Assembly: GCA_026397015.1 (NCBI GenBank)
Contig: JAPLVR010000005.1
Coordinates: forward strand, 32,001 to 96,000
Origin: Candidatus Iainarchaeum sp.
Lineage (GTDB): Archaea; Iainarchaeota; Iainarchaeia; Iainarchaeales; JAAZKV01
Direction of reading: 5' to 3'
DNA: 64,000 nucleotides
Under the pieces are notes generated by a model. The model was not told the origin of the DNA. It saw only the letters and a list, made by a program, of their open reading frames with translations, and did not search any database. The stretch's first letter is position 1, and every line of letters begins with the position of its first letter. Shown one piece after another: positions 35,820-45,413 of this stretch. The position numbers were made by a program, and so were the translations under genes.

Positions 35820-37088
35820 ATGTACGAAATAAAGGCTGTTGGCGCTAGGCAGATTTTTGATTCCCGCGGCAATCCGACCGTTGAGTGCGTTATAAAAACC
35901 GGTTTTGGCCGTTTCAAGGCTTCCGTTCCTTCCGGCGCCTCAACAGGAACAAGAGAAGCGGTTGAGTTGCGCGATGGCGGAAAAGAATTCAACGGTTTGG
36001 GTGTTTCCCGCGCTGTTCAAAATGTGAATGAAATTTTGAGTGTTGTTGTTAAGGGCAGGGATTGCAGGCGCCAAAAAGAAATAGACTCTCTTCTTGTGAA
36101 AGAGGATGGCACGCCAAACAAATCCAAGTTGGGCGCGAATGCGCTGCTTTCGGTTTCGCTCGCTGCCGCGAAAGCGGGCGCCGCCGCCGAGAATATGGAA
36201 CTTTACGACTATATTTCGGAACTTTCTTCCCGCAATCCGCTGATGCCAGTTCCCGCCCTGAATATTATTAACGGCGGCAAGCACGCAGGAAACTCTCTTG
36301 ACTTTCAGGAATATCAAGTCCTTCCCGTCGGCTTCAAATCTTTCAAGGAAGCCTTTTCCGCGGGCGTCGAAGTTTTCCACCAGCTTAAAAAAAATTTGGA
36401 AAAAAATTACGGAAGAAGCGCGATTAATGTGGGCGATGAGGGCGGCTTCGCTCCGCAGTTGAGAAAAGTGGAGGAGCCCATTGACGAGATTTTGAAAGCG
36501 GTTGAATCCGTCGGGTATGCGAAAGAAATGGTGATTGGTTTGGATGTCGCGGCATCCTCTTTTTTTATGGGCGGAAAATATTTGATTGAGAAAAAATCGC
36601 TCGGCATCGTTTCAATGCTCGAAGAATACGAAACCCTTTTGAAATACTATCCGATTGCTTCGATAGAAGACCCTTTTGCAGAAAGCGATTACCATGCTTG
36701 GGAAGAAATTGTGAAGAAGTTGGGGAAGCGTGTCCAGATTTTGGCGGATGACTTAACTGTTTCCCAGGAAGCATTGGTTGCCGAAGCAATTCGGCGCAAC
36801 AGGGCGAATGCCCTTCTCCTGAAAGTTAATCAGGTCGGAACTCTCACGGAGGCTTTGGAATCCGCCGCCCTTGCGCACAATTCAAATTGGAATGTCCAGG
36901 TTTCCCACAGGAGCGGCGAAACCAACGGCACTTTCATTGCGGATTTGGCGGTTGGAATCGGCTGCGGCCAGATAAAGTCCGGTGCGCCGTGCAGGGGCGA
37001 GCGCCTGGCGAAATATAACCGTTTGCTTGAAATCGAGGAATCTTCCGGCGCCCTCTTCGCCGGCAGGAAAGCGTTCAAACCGAAATAA
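35820..37088 (+). CDS. eno: Enolase
   Basis: DSRGNPTVE, VPSGASTG, GDEGGFAP, LLKVNQVGT, SHRSGET. Confidence 0.98.
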   Translation: MYEIKAVGARQIFDSRGNPTVECVIKTGFGRFKASVPSGASTGTREAVELRDGGKEFNGLGVSRAVQNVNEILSVVVKGRDCRRQKEIDSLLVKEDGTPNKSKLGANALLSVSLAAAKAGAAAENMELYDYISELSSRNPLMPVPALNIINGGKHAGNSLDFQEYQVLPVGFKSFKEAFSAGVEVFHQLKKNLEKNYGRSAINVGDEGGFAPQLRKVEEPIDEILKAVESVGYAKEMVIGLDVAASSFFMGGKYLIEKKSLGIVSMLEEYETLLKYYPIASIEDPFAESDYHAWEEIVKKLGKRVQILADDLTVSQEALVAEAIRRNRANALLLKVNQVGTLTEALESAALAHNSNWNVQVSHRSGETNGTFIADLAVGIGCGQIKSGAPCRGERLAKYNRLLEIEESSGALFAGRKAFKPK

Positions 37089-37200
37089 TTAAAAATTCTC
37101 AAGCTGAAGTAATTGATTTATTAATTTAAAGTACTTAATTTGTCGGGCCAGAATAAAAGGGTTATTTTGTGAAAAGTTTTTTTGTAAAGGAGTTTTTTTT

Positions 37201-37572
37201 ATGACAAATATTAAAGCCAGAACATCAAAGTTATTTTATGTGAAAAAAAGCTATCTTGGAATAATGCTCGGAATCGTGGCAGGAATCATTGATGTAATTC
37301 TAATGCTTGTTCAAGGTCTTACCTGGAATGCAAATCTTTCCGCGTTTTCCCTTTGGGTTGTTTCCGGTTTTTTGATTGCAACCTCTGACATTGAATTTAA
37401 GGATTTTAAGATTAGGGGCGGTGCAAAGGGGGTGCTTATTTCATTCCTGGTTTTGTTGCCATCCGCAATCCTTATCGGCTGGAAAGAACCCTTTTCTCTT
37501 ATCCCAATTTTTGTGATGACCTTAATTTTAGGTGCCTTGTCGGGTTTTATTATTGACAAATACGGCAAATAA
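37201..37572 (+). CDS. Four-TM membrane protein
   Basis: Hydrophobic 123-aa ORF with AGGAG RBS. Confidence 0.75.
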   Translation: MTNIKARTSKLFYVKKSYLGIMLGIVAGIIDVILMLVQGLTWNANLSAFSLWVVSGFLIATSDIEFKDFKIRGGAKGVLISFLVLLPSAILIGWKEPFSLIPIFVMTLILGALSGFIIDKYGK

Positions 37573-37822
37573 AACTGCCAATTTTTTTGATTTTCTTTGT
37601 AAGAATGGCAGGAATTAAATTAGTGGAAGTTATTTAATCACCAAAGTTTATTTGTCTAAAGTGCTGGTGACGTTTGACGAAAAGAAGCTCTTAATTTTGC
37701 TGTTTTTAAGCCATTTGGGGCGCAAATACGCGCTTTTTTTCGTCGATTGCCTTTTTTCAGTTTGACGGTAATGCTTATATATGGCTTTGCTCCTTCTGCT
37801 TTCAAAGGGAGGGGTTGTAACT

Positions 37823-38197
37823 ATGGCCTCACAGAAAATTGGAAACTATGCTTTCCTGATAGGTATCGTCATCGCTTTGGTGATGGGTATCGCAGGTGGC
37901 TTAGGATTGCTTCAAAGCGTTGGAGCATACGTTCCATTAGTAATGGTAGTCCTAGGTTTGATAATAGGGCTAATGAATATACACGACAAGCATATCTCCG
38001 ACTTCCTGATAGCAACTGTTGCTATCATAATGGTTGGAAGCACGGCTGCAGGCTTGCTCACACTCAACGAAGTGGTTACTCCACTTGGAACCATCTGCCA
38101 AATGATAGTTGGTTACATCGTTGCGTTAGCGGCTCCGGCAGCACTGGTAGTTGGCTTAAAGCAGATCTTCAATTTAGCCAAAGATCAGGTTGCTTAA
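37823..38197 (+). CDS. Four-TM small membrane protein
   Basis: GGAGGGG RBS, TATA at ~37776, 'LGLIIGLMNI...FLIA...APAALVVGLK'. Confidence 0.8.
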   Translation: MASQKIGNYAFLIGIVIALVMGIAGGLGLLQSVGAYVPLVMVVLGLIIGLMNIHDKHISDFLIATVAIIMVGSTAAGLLTLNEVVTPLGTICQMIVGYIVALAAPAALVVGLKQIFNLAKDQVA

Positions 38198-38292
38198 ATC
38201 AGTAAATAATAAGGTTATAGGCGCGCAAGGGCCTCTTCGGATTCCTGCCGCCTCACCTTTCTTTTTTTATTTTCTTTATTTCTTTCTCTTCC

Positions 38293-39339
38293 ATGCCCAG
38301 GTGCCTAAAGTCAAGAAAATACCATTCTTTTGCCGAAATTTCCCCTCCGAGTAAAGGTTCCAAATCCTTTTCATTTGATTCCTACCCGATTCAAGAATTG
38401 CTTAAAACCATCCAAATCCTCGCTTTCGGAAAGGACTTCCAAGCCTTCTCCGTAACGGTTTCCTGGCCAAAAAAAGTCTCTCTAACTGATGCTGCCATTG
38501 CTCACCTAAGGCGCACCGTTCAGTGTGGACTTGTGAAGGAAGCAGAGCAAAAACTGGGCAAAAAGGCTGATTTTCGCTCATTTGAGGCTGAATTTTTGAT
38601 AGATTTCAACAAAAATAGGGCATTTTTGCGCCTCTCTCCCCTATATATTGAAGGGAAATACCTCAAGTTTTCCCGTAAAATCGCCAACACTTCCAAGCCC
38701 GGTTTCGAAAGCGTCGAATCCCTTCTCTCCTCCATCATTCTTCCCGCTTTCAAATCCCAGTTTGGCATCCTCCACGGCGCCGGCAGGGAGGATATTGATG
38801 TGCTTATGCTCGGTTCCGGCCGCCCTTTTATTATTGAGCTTCTTCAACCCGAAATTAGAAATGGAAATTTGAAAAAATTGGAAAAATTGGAGAAAGAAAT
38901 TAACTCGAAATTCGAAGGAAAAATTGCAGTAAATTCTCTAAAATTCGTTTCAAAATCAGAGGTCGCGCTTCTCAAAAACACCCAGCACGAAAAAATTTAT
39001 TCCGCACTCGTTTCCTGCTCCCAAAAGCCCGACCTAAAAAAACTTGAAATTCTGCTTAATAAAAAAATTGAAATTTCTCAGCGCACCCCGCTTCGCGTTT
39101 CAAAGAGGAGAAGCGATTTGGTGCGAAAGAAAGAAGTCGAGCTGTTGGAAATCAAAAAAATTGGCGATAAAAAAAATGATAAGAAAAATTTTAATTTTAA
39201 ACTAAAATTGAAAACTTCACACGGCACGTATGTAAAGGAATTTATTTCGGGCGACGGCGGCCGCACAAGTCCGAGTGTTTCTTCTATTCTTGATTCGAAG
39301 TGCGCATGCGCGCAGTTGGATGTACTTGAAATTTTGTAA
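38293..39339 (+). CDS. pus10: tRNA pseudouridine(54/55) synthase Pus10, reduced form
   Basis: YIEGKYLKFSR, HGAGREDIDVLMLGSGRPF, QRTPLRVSKRR, GTYVKEFISGDGGRT. Confidence 0.9.
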   Translation: MPRCLKSRKYHSFAEISPPSKGSKSFSFDSYPIQELLKTIQILAFGKDFQAFSVTVSWPKKVSLTDAAIAHLRRTVQCGLVKEAEQKLGKKADFRSFEAEFLIDFNKNRAFLRLSPLYIEGKYLKFSRKIANTSKPGFESVESLLSSIILPAFKSQFGILHGAGREDIDVLMLGSGRPFIIELLQPEIRNGNLKKLEKLEKEINSKFEGKIAVNSLKFVSKSEVALLKNTQHEKIYSALVSCSQKPDLKKLEILLNKKIEISQRTPLRVSKRRSDLVRKKEVELLEIKKIGDKKNDKKNFNFKLKLKTSHGTYVKEFISGDGGRTSPSVSSILDSKCACAQLDVLEIL

Positions 39340-39461
39340 TATTAGTAAAAATTTAGGGGTTTCAAAATTCAAAAAAATTCCCAATATATATATACCAGTT
39401 ATTGCAACCATATTAATGTAAATGAAAGCATTTTTTTGCTTTCAAAAAAGGAGGACTTAAA

Positions 39462-39659
39462 TTGAACAAAATTTTGATTTTGCTGGTTGTTGCGGTTCTT
39501 GCTTTCACAATGATTTTCGGCTGTACAGGCACTGGAGCAAACACAGACAACAACACGGCAAATAATGGGGGAACAACTCCGACAGGAAACAATTCAAGCA
39601 ATCCGGTTAATGGTGCAGGCACTGGGGAAATTCCGACGCCGCCAGCTTTGCCGGAGTAA
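39462..39659 (+). CDS. Small lipoprotein, N/T/G-rich, ends PPALPE
   Basis: AGGAGG RBS + TTG, lipobox-like IFGC. Confidence 0.75.
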   Translation: MNKILILLVVAVLAFTMIFGCTGTGANTDNNTANNGGTTPTGNNSSNPVNGAGTGEIPTPPALPE

Positions 39660-39672
39660 GGGGGAATGAAGA

Positions 39673-40974
39673 ATGATGAAAAAAATTATTTTTGGGTTAT
39701 TAGTATTGATGTTGGCAAATATGGTTTTTGCCGCAGAGTATATGGTTACAGTAAAGGGAAGGCTTGTTACCCTCACAGGGGAGACGGACATTCCATATGG
39801 TCTTAGTGCAAGTGTGAACGGGGTTAATCAGTACCCTGAATCAGGAACGAATTTGAATGAGGACAGGTCGTTTGAGTTCAAGGATATTTCATTTAAAGAT
39901 GGCGATAATTTTACAATTTATCTGATGAGCAGTTGTTCATACCATCTTTTCAAAATAGAAAATCAAAACGGGGAGTTTGTTGTTAGTGATATTGAGGATT
40001 CTCCGAAAGAAGTAAAAAGAACAAGTTCTTCAACGATTGATTTGGGGAACCTTGTTGAAGATAAGTCTGGAAGAATACAATTCAATTCAGACGTAGTGGC
40101 TTCGGTTTATTTGCCTGCTGCCGGTGGAACTTCGGCAGGATATACTGGGTACCTGTCTAATGCCTTAATACCTGGGAAAAGTTATGAAGCTGAAATTTAT
40201 GATGATGCAGGAAATTTAATTATTACAAAAACTATTATGAGCAGCCCAGATTATTGTAAAACAACACTTTTAACAAAAAGTGGCAATGACATAACAGTGA
40301 GTTATTGTGATAATGATCAATGCGGCACATCATCTTCAGAATACTTTGATGTTTTAATAAAAAAGGGCTGGAATCTTCTAAATATGCAAAGACTTGATTT
40401 TAGTCAAACAAACAGTTGTTCAGCAAGTATTTTGGGAATGGCTTTGTACGCAAAAAGCCTTCCAGGGTATGTAATAATCAATACTCCAGAAGGACTTACT
40501 TACACTAGTGGAACTGTGTACAGGTATACGCCTGCCAATGGGGCGGAAATAATTCAAAAAGAATTTGCTTTAGACACATACTCTGCAAAGTCTCCGGGAG
40601 CTTGGTTATATTCAAATGCAGACTGTACTGTAAAAGCAAGAAAAATAAAGGCTCCTGAAATATCGGTTTCTGACTTGTCTAAGTATGAACTGACTACTGG
40701 CTGGAATCTAATTGGGGTAGACAGGTGGATGATTGGAAAGAATTTGCGGATAATATTTTCCAAGTGCGATTTGAAAGCGGTAAATGTTTGGAATGAAAAT
40801 ACTCAAAATTGGATTTCTCCCTCAAGCACTGTCGCGGTGAATGATCCGGCTATGATGGACTCAACATTATATGAAAGCGCACTTAACAGGGTGATTGTTG
40901 CAAAGGTTGCGGCGGGTTGCTACTTGACTGATTTTATTGAGAATTCTATAAGCCCGCCGGCATTGCCTCAATAA
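39673..40974 (+). CDS. Secreted surface protein with GWNL repeats, ends PPALPQ
   Basis: Signal peptide; KKGWNLL and TTGWNLI; paired Cys. Confidence 0.8.
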   Translation: MMKKIIFGLLVLMLANMVFAAEYMVTVKGRLVTLTGETDIPYGLSASVNGVNQYPESGTNLNEDRSFEFKDISFKDGDNFTIYLMSSCSYHLFKIENQNGEFVVSDIEDSPKEVKRTSSSTIDLGNLVEDKSGRIQFNSDVVASVYLPAAGGTSAGYTGYLSNALIPGKSYEAEIYDDAGNLIITKTIMSSPDYCKTTLLTKSGNDITVSYCDNDQCGTSSSEYFDVLIKKGWNLLNMQRLDFSQTNSCSASILGMALYAKSLPGYVIINTPEGLTYTSGTVYRYTPANGAEIIQKEFALDTYSAKSPGAWLYSNADCTVKARKIKAPEISVSDLSKYELTTGWNLIGVDRWMIGKNLRIIFSKCDLKAVNVWNENTQNWISPSSTVAVNDPAMMDSTLYESALNRVIVAKVAAGCYLTDFIENSISPPALPQ

Positions 40975-40983
40975 TTAATCAGA

Positions 40984-41020
40984 AGCGTCCCTTTTGGGGC
41001 GCTTTTTTCTTTTTTTATTT
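40984..41020 (+). terminator. Hairpin + T-run
   Basis: agcgtccc-tttt-ggggcgct followed by T tracts. Confidence 0.55.
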
Positions 41021-41055
41021 TTAACTTTTTTCATGAAAAATAGGTTTAAATATTT

Positions 41056-41075
41056 TGTCATACAAGCGTATTACA
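41056..41075 (+). promoter_or_regulatory. Imperfect IR operator just downstream of TATA (TTTAAATA)
   Basis: TGTCATAC-aagc-GTATTACA (7/8 match). Confidence 0.45.
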
Positions 41076-41102
41076 GCAAAAAGTTTTGTTTCGGGTGTTT
41101 TG

Positions 41103-41348
41103 ATGGAAACGGTTATTGTTCAGGCGAGGCTTCCGAATGGTTTGGTAAAGCAGGTTGACAGTTTGGTTTCGGGCGGGCACTACTTAAACAAATCCGAAGC
41201 GGTAAGGGACGCTTTGAGAAAATTGGTTCTCGAAAAACAGGTCGGCTCCATTCCCAATACTGGAAATTCGGTAAAAGAAGTCAGGGAAATGCGGAAAAAG
41301 CTTTCAAAAAAGAAAATTTCTTTGAAAGAATTGAATTCGTTGTATTAG
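41103..41348 (+). CDS. Ribbon-helix-helix (CopG/Arc/MetJ) protein
   Basis: VQARLP..LVKQVDSLVSGGHYLNKSEAVRDALR. Confidence 0.85.
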   Translation: METVIVQARLPNGLVKQVDSLVSGGHYLNKSEAVRDALRKLVLEKQVGSIPNTGNSVKEVREMRKKLSKKKISLKELNSLY

Positions 41349-42109
41349 CAGTTGTATTCATGTATCTTCCTCTGGCTTTTCCCTATCCCCTTTATTTTGC
41401 TTTTCTCCCTTTCCGAATCTATTTCAAAATCGTAATGAAAATATTCGAGTTTGTAATTGTGCAATAATTCAAGCGCATTTTTTCTTATCGTCGGCGCCAA
41501 AAGGATTCCGCGTGTTTCCTTTCCCTTTATTTTCTTCACCTGTTCCATATACCGCTTCAATTGCGTCACGGCGCCATAATCCGCCTCGCGCCGCTTCAGC
41601 TCAATTACCACGAGCCTTCCTTCCGCATCCTCCGCAATGATGTCGCAAATCCCCTTCCTGAATACCTCTTGCTGATTTACAGGTTTCAATCCGGGTTCCA
41701 GGAAGGAAAGGTCGTCCATCAGCGCGTCATTTAATTCCTTCTCCGAGCCGCTCAGCCTCAAATCGTTGCTTTGCGGCAAATCGTAATTTTGAACATCTTC
41801 AATTGAGTAAAAGAAAGCGTTCAGCCTTTCCTTCGGTTTGAGTTTTGTCGCACCGAGAACCAGAATATTTTTTTCCGCATCGGCTTCGCAGGAGATTTTC
41901 GCGTTCATCATATAATTCGTCGGCCTTATGAGCCTGTTTTCGTGGATTGAAACCGAATCATCTGATTTAATTAGCACAAGCCTTTTTCCGCGTGGCAGTT
42001 TTGATGATGCCCTTCCTTTATATTCGACGTAGCATTCTCCAACAATAGTACAGAGATGCTTGTTTCTCAGCGAATCAGAAATTTTTTTCTGCGCTTCTTC
42101 GAGTTCCAC
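41345..42109 (-). CDS. nucS: Mismatch endonuclease NucS/EndoMS
   Basis: CYVEYKGRASS, LIKSDDSVSIH, DIIAED...VVIELKR, QLKRY. Confidence 0.93.
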   Translation of the reverse strand: MELEEAQKKISDSLRNKHLCTIVGECYVEYKGRASSKLPRGKRLVLIKSDDSVSIHENRLIRPTNYMMNAKISCEADAEKNILVLGATKLKPKERLNAFFYSIEDVQNYDLPQSNDLRLSGSEKELNDALMDDLSFLEPGLKPVNQQEVFRKGICDIIAEDAEGRLVVIELKRREADYGAVTQLKRYMEQVKKIKGKETRGILLAPTIRKNALELLHNYKLEYFHYDFEIDSEREKSKIKGIGKSQRKIHEYNC

Positions 42110-42171
42110 AAAATCAACTTCTTTTTCGGATAATTAACTTTAAAGTTTGATTTGTGAAGTTGGGAATTTTT

Positions 42172-43125
42172 TCACTTTCTTTTTATCCTTTTGAATCCGG
42201 AGCATTCAATTAGGTTTAGCTTTGCCTTTTTTTCAACCTTGTCAAGCAGAAGGTTCATTCCCAAATTGTCTGATGGGATGTGCCCGGCTATTACTATATT
42301 CATGTGATTTTTTTCAGCTTCTTTTTTCATTTCTTTACCAACGTGCATCGCAACAACTGTTCCTATTCCTTTTTCCGCCAGTTTCTTGTATGCGTCCTGG
42401 TGGCTTTCCGTTCCGCCAGTAACGTCCACGTAAATTTTTCCGCATAAGCTTTCCTCGCTTCCGACAAAAATTAACGGCCCGATTTTTTGCTTCATTCCTT
42501 CCTTGTATTCCGGAACCTCCTTCAGCGCCTTTATTATTTCTCCCAGCGTTTCCGGTTTCTTTTTTTCCAGAAGCCTTGTCAGGTATTCCTGTACATGGTT
42601 GTCCGCGGGTGTGTGCGTGTTGAAGTAAGGTATTCCAAGCAATTTTGTCGCCTGCTCTATCCTTTCCGCGTTAAGCGCCGAAAGGTTCTCGCCCACTTCC
42701 TTAATCCTTTCCCTCATTATGGCTTCCGCCTGATTTACGGGAACGCCCGCCATTGTGAGCGTGTCAATCTGCAGGTGCATTACCTCGTCCAGCCCCATTA
42801 ACGCCCTTCCTTCCGGATGGTGCGCCCAAATAACATCAATTTTTTTTCCCTGTTTGTTCAGTTCGTTCGCAAGAAGTATTTCCCCTTCCTCCATATCAAT
42901 TCCAATAAGGGCCGTTTTCACTTCTTTTTCGGTGTCGTAAAGTATCCTTGAATCATCGTACGGGTTCCATAGTGTTTCCTTGTCGAAGTATCCCTTGTCC
43001 TCTTTCTCCATTTTTTCAAAAGCTTTCTTTCTTTTCTCAAGCATCTGTTTTATTTTTTTCTCCCCTCGCGGGTCCGCGTTTATGCCCTCTTTTACGCATA
43101 ATTCAAAAATTTGCTTTACTTTCAT
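42172..43125 (-). CDS. NIF3-like (NGG1p interacting factor) metal-binding protein
   Basis: NPYDDSRIL, GID, AHHPEG, HTPADN, TGGTE, AGHIPSDNLG. Confidence 0.88.
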   Translation of the reverse strand: MKVKQIFELCVKEGINADPRGEKKIKQMLEKRKKAFEKMEKEDKGYFDKETLWNPYDDSRILYDTEKEVKTALIGIDMEEGEILLANELNKQGKKIDVIWAHHPEGRALMGLDEVMHLQIDTLTMAGVPVNQAEAIMRERIKEVGENLSALNAERIEQATKLLGIPYFNTHTPADNHVQEYLTRLLEKKKPETLGEIIKALKEVPEYKEGMKQKIGPLIFVGSEESLCGKIYVDVTGGTESHQDAYKKLAEKGIGTVVAMHVGKEMKKEAEKNHMNIVIAGHIPSDNLGMNLLLDKVEKKAKLNLIECSGFKRIKRK

Positions 43126-43242
43126 TTTCCCACCTTTCCTTCCGCTGCCAATCCAGTTAATAAGAAAGTGGCAGCGAAACCCTATAAAAAGTATCTATTT
43201 CGCTGCGTTCTTGGATTAAAATTTTTATTAGGTTAAAATTTT

Positions 43243-43410
43243 TTATTCTTCCCTTTTCAGCATCGGCAGCCCGGTTGTCTGATTTTCAATTACCTTGTAT
43301 CCTGCCGGAAGTTCTATTCCGTCTTCACTTTTTGAGGAAAAGAAAAACAGCCTTCCTCTTGAATGCAAATAATATTTTTTTCCCCTTGAATTTGTGTGTT
43401 CATAACCCAT
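43243..43410 (-). CDS. 55-aa small protein (absent from ORF track)
   Basis: MGYEHTNSRGKKYYLHSRGRLFFFSSKSEDGIELPAGYKVIENQTTGLPMLKREE*; GGGTGA RBS, TATA upstream. Confidence 0.75.
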   Translation of the reverse strand: MGYEHTNSRGKKYYLHSRGRLFFFSSKSEDGIELPAGYKVIENQTTGLPMLKREE

Positions 43411-43521
43411 TATTATCACCCGAATAGATTAGTTTGTCCGCCTTTAAAATCCTTTTGTTCCTACTAATATTTTTAAGTCCTTTGGTTTTGTTCGGGCAAT
43501 TTTTTGGGCGGGGGTGTTTTG

Positions 43522-44601
43522 ATGGAAATTCTTTCAAAGTTGAAGAAAAAAACAACCGTGCAAATCAGAAACGAAATTATTCGTTTCCTCAACCTGGAAA
43601 TGCCACAGCGCATTGCAATAATTTCCGACAGCGACGAGGACGGCATTACCTCCGCCGTTCAAATGAAAAAGTTCCTCGATTCACAAAAGCACATTTCAGA
43701 GGTTTTCTTTTATGACCATTATGCTGATTGGAATTCGGGCGTCGCAGATGAACTCTCCGCTTTCTCTCCCCAAAAAACAATTTTTTTGGATTTGGCGGAT
43801 GATGTTGTTTCAGGCATACTTGCGGGCGCCGGCTCTTACACCGGAAAATTTGTTACTCTCGACCATCATCAGCGCAGGCAGATAAAAAATAATAAATTTG
43901 ATTTTATTTTCTTCAAGCCGGATGATTTTTCCGAGGTTGAAACTTCTAAGTATTCAACTTCAAAAATTGTCCACGATTTATTTGGAGGAGTTGATTGGAT
44001 TTGTGCGATTGGCGTAATAGGGGATTATGCTTTTGTTCAATGGAAGGATTTTTTGGAAAAGATTCAGAAAAAATATTCCCTTTCTTTTGAAGACCTTTCG
44101 AATTTGGCGGGGTTTGTTGCAGCCACAGAACTAATGCATACAAAAAGAAAGCCTGAGCTTTTTTCCCTGCTTTGCAACGCCAACTCTCCAAAAGAAATTT
44201 TTGATTCCGAAATGTTCAATATTAAAAAAGAATATGACGGCGAAATGAAGAAATTGATGCGCAGGTATAAAGAGGATTCCGTGTCCTTTGTTTCGCTCGA
44301 CCTTGTTTTTTTCGAGGCAGACAAACGCCTTTCCAGCAAATTCATAAATATTCTTTCGGGCGCAGACCCCCACACCACTTTTGTAATCTATGAAAAACCC
44401 GATGTAGAATATAAGGCTTCTTTCCGTCGCGGCGATTTTAAGGTTAATTGTGCCGAGCTTGCGCGCTTTTCGGTTTCAGAGTCAAGGAATGGGCGGGGCG
44501 GCGGCCACATTCCAGCCGCTGGCGCAACTTTTTCCCCAGATTATTTGGAGGAGTTCAAGGGAAGGGTGAAGCAGTTTTTGCGCGAGAATTATAAAAAATG
44601 A
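43522..44601 (+). CDS. DHH/DHHA1 phosphoesterase (RecJ/NrnA-like)
   Basis: DSDEDG, FLD, LDHH, IGVIGD, GGGHIPAAG. Confidence 0.88.
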   Translation: MEILSKLKKKTTVQIRNEIIRFLNLEMPQRIAIISDSDEDGITSAVQMKKFLDSQKHISEVFFYDHYADWNSGVADELSAFSPQKTIFLDLADDVVSGILAGAGSYTGKFVTLDHHQRRQIKNNKFDFIFFKPDDFSEVETSKYSTSKIVHDLFGGVDWICAIGVIGDYAFVQWKDFLEKIQKKYSLSFEDLSNLAGFVAATELMHTKRKPELFSLLCNANSPKEIFDSEMFNIKKEYDGEMKKLMRRYKEDSVSFVSLDLVFFEADKRLSSKFINILSGADPHTTFVIYEKPDVEYKASFRRGDFKVNCAELARFSVSESRNGRGGGHIPAAGATFSPDYLEEFKGRVKQFLRENYKK

Positions 44602-44643
44602 TATTGACTAAGTTCTTTGCAGATATTTTTTTGGAGGGATTTT

Positions 44644-44952
44644 ATGGGAAGAAAAAAGGTTTTGAAAAAAGTTGATGAAAATGATGAGCCGATAGTTGAT
44701 TCGGCCGAGAGCAAATCAGAAAGCAAAGAGCTTTCGGACGATATTTATGATGAAAAGCAGTCGGAAGCGCAACTCGAAGAAGACGAAATAAGCCCTGAAG
44801 AAGCAGGCTTTATGGAGGGCTATGAAAGTCCAAACATGATTCACTGCAAAAAGTGCAAGAAAAAATTGAAAGCAGTTGACTTGGAACACTGCAAAGAAGT
44901 TGTTGAGGGCGGCGAAACCGTTTGGCTCTGCAGCGAGTGTTGTGAAAATTAG
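44644..44952 (+). CDS. Acidic protein with C-terminal TRASH-like Cys cluster
   Basis: EDEISPEEAGFMEGY; CKKC...CSECC. Confidence 0.75.
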   Translation: MGRKKVLKKVDENDEPIVDSAESKSESKELSDDIYDEKQSEAQLEEDEISPEEAGFMEGYESPNMIHCKKCKKKLKAVDLEHCKEVVEGGETVWLCSECCEN

Positions 44953-44959
44953 CGGTCTT

Positions 44960-45391
44960 TTATTCGATCGCGGTGTCCCGCCAATTTTCTTTTATCCATC
45001 TTTCCGCTCGCCCCATGACTTCCCCCCAGCCCAGCCTTTCCAGTTCTTTTTCAACCACTTTTCCTTTGTGGGGATACTTTGATTTTTGCGCATGATTAGA
45101 GCCGAAGCCCTGAAAGTAATGGACCAGTTCGTGCATCAAAACATAATCCAAAACATATTCAGGCACATCAACGGATTTCAGGCGCGAATTTATTTCTATT
45201 ATTGAGCCGTATTCCTTGTCCTTCAGCGGCTTTATTTTTCCAAGCACGCTTTTTGACTTTCTTCCCCATCTTATTACAAATAAATTTGTTACGGCTTTTT
45301 CCGGAAAGTTTTCCCTCACGAGCGCCGCCACTTTGCGCGCCAGATAAGAATCATAATCCGCGGACGACACCATGCACAATTTTTTTGGCAC
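44960..45391 (-). CDS. SprT/YgjP-like zinc metallopeptidase domain protein
   Basis: VPEYVLDYVLMHELVH...PH. Confidence 0.8.
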   Translation of the reverse strand: MPKKLCMVSSADYDSYLARKVAALVRENFPEKAVTNLFVIRWGRKSKSVLGKIKPLKDKEYGSIIEINSRLKSVDVPEYVLDYVLMHELVHYFQGFGSNHAQKSKYPHKGKVVEKELERLGWGEVMGRAERWIKENWRDTAIE

Positions 45392-45413
45392 AGTTGTTTT
45401 AAAAATCGGCCTT

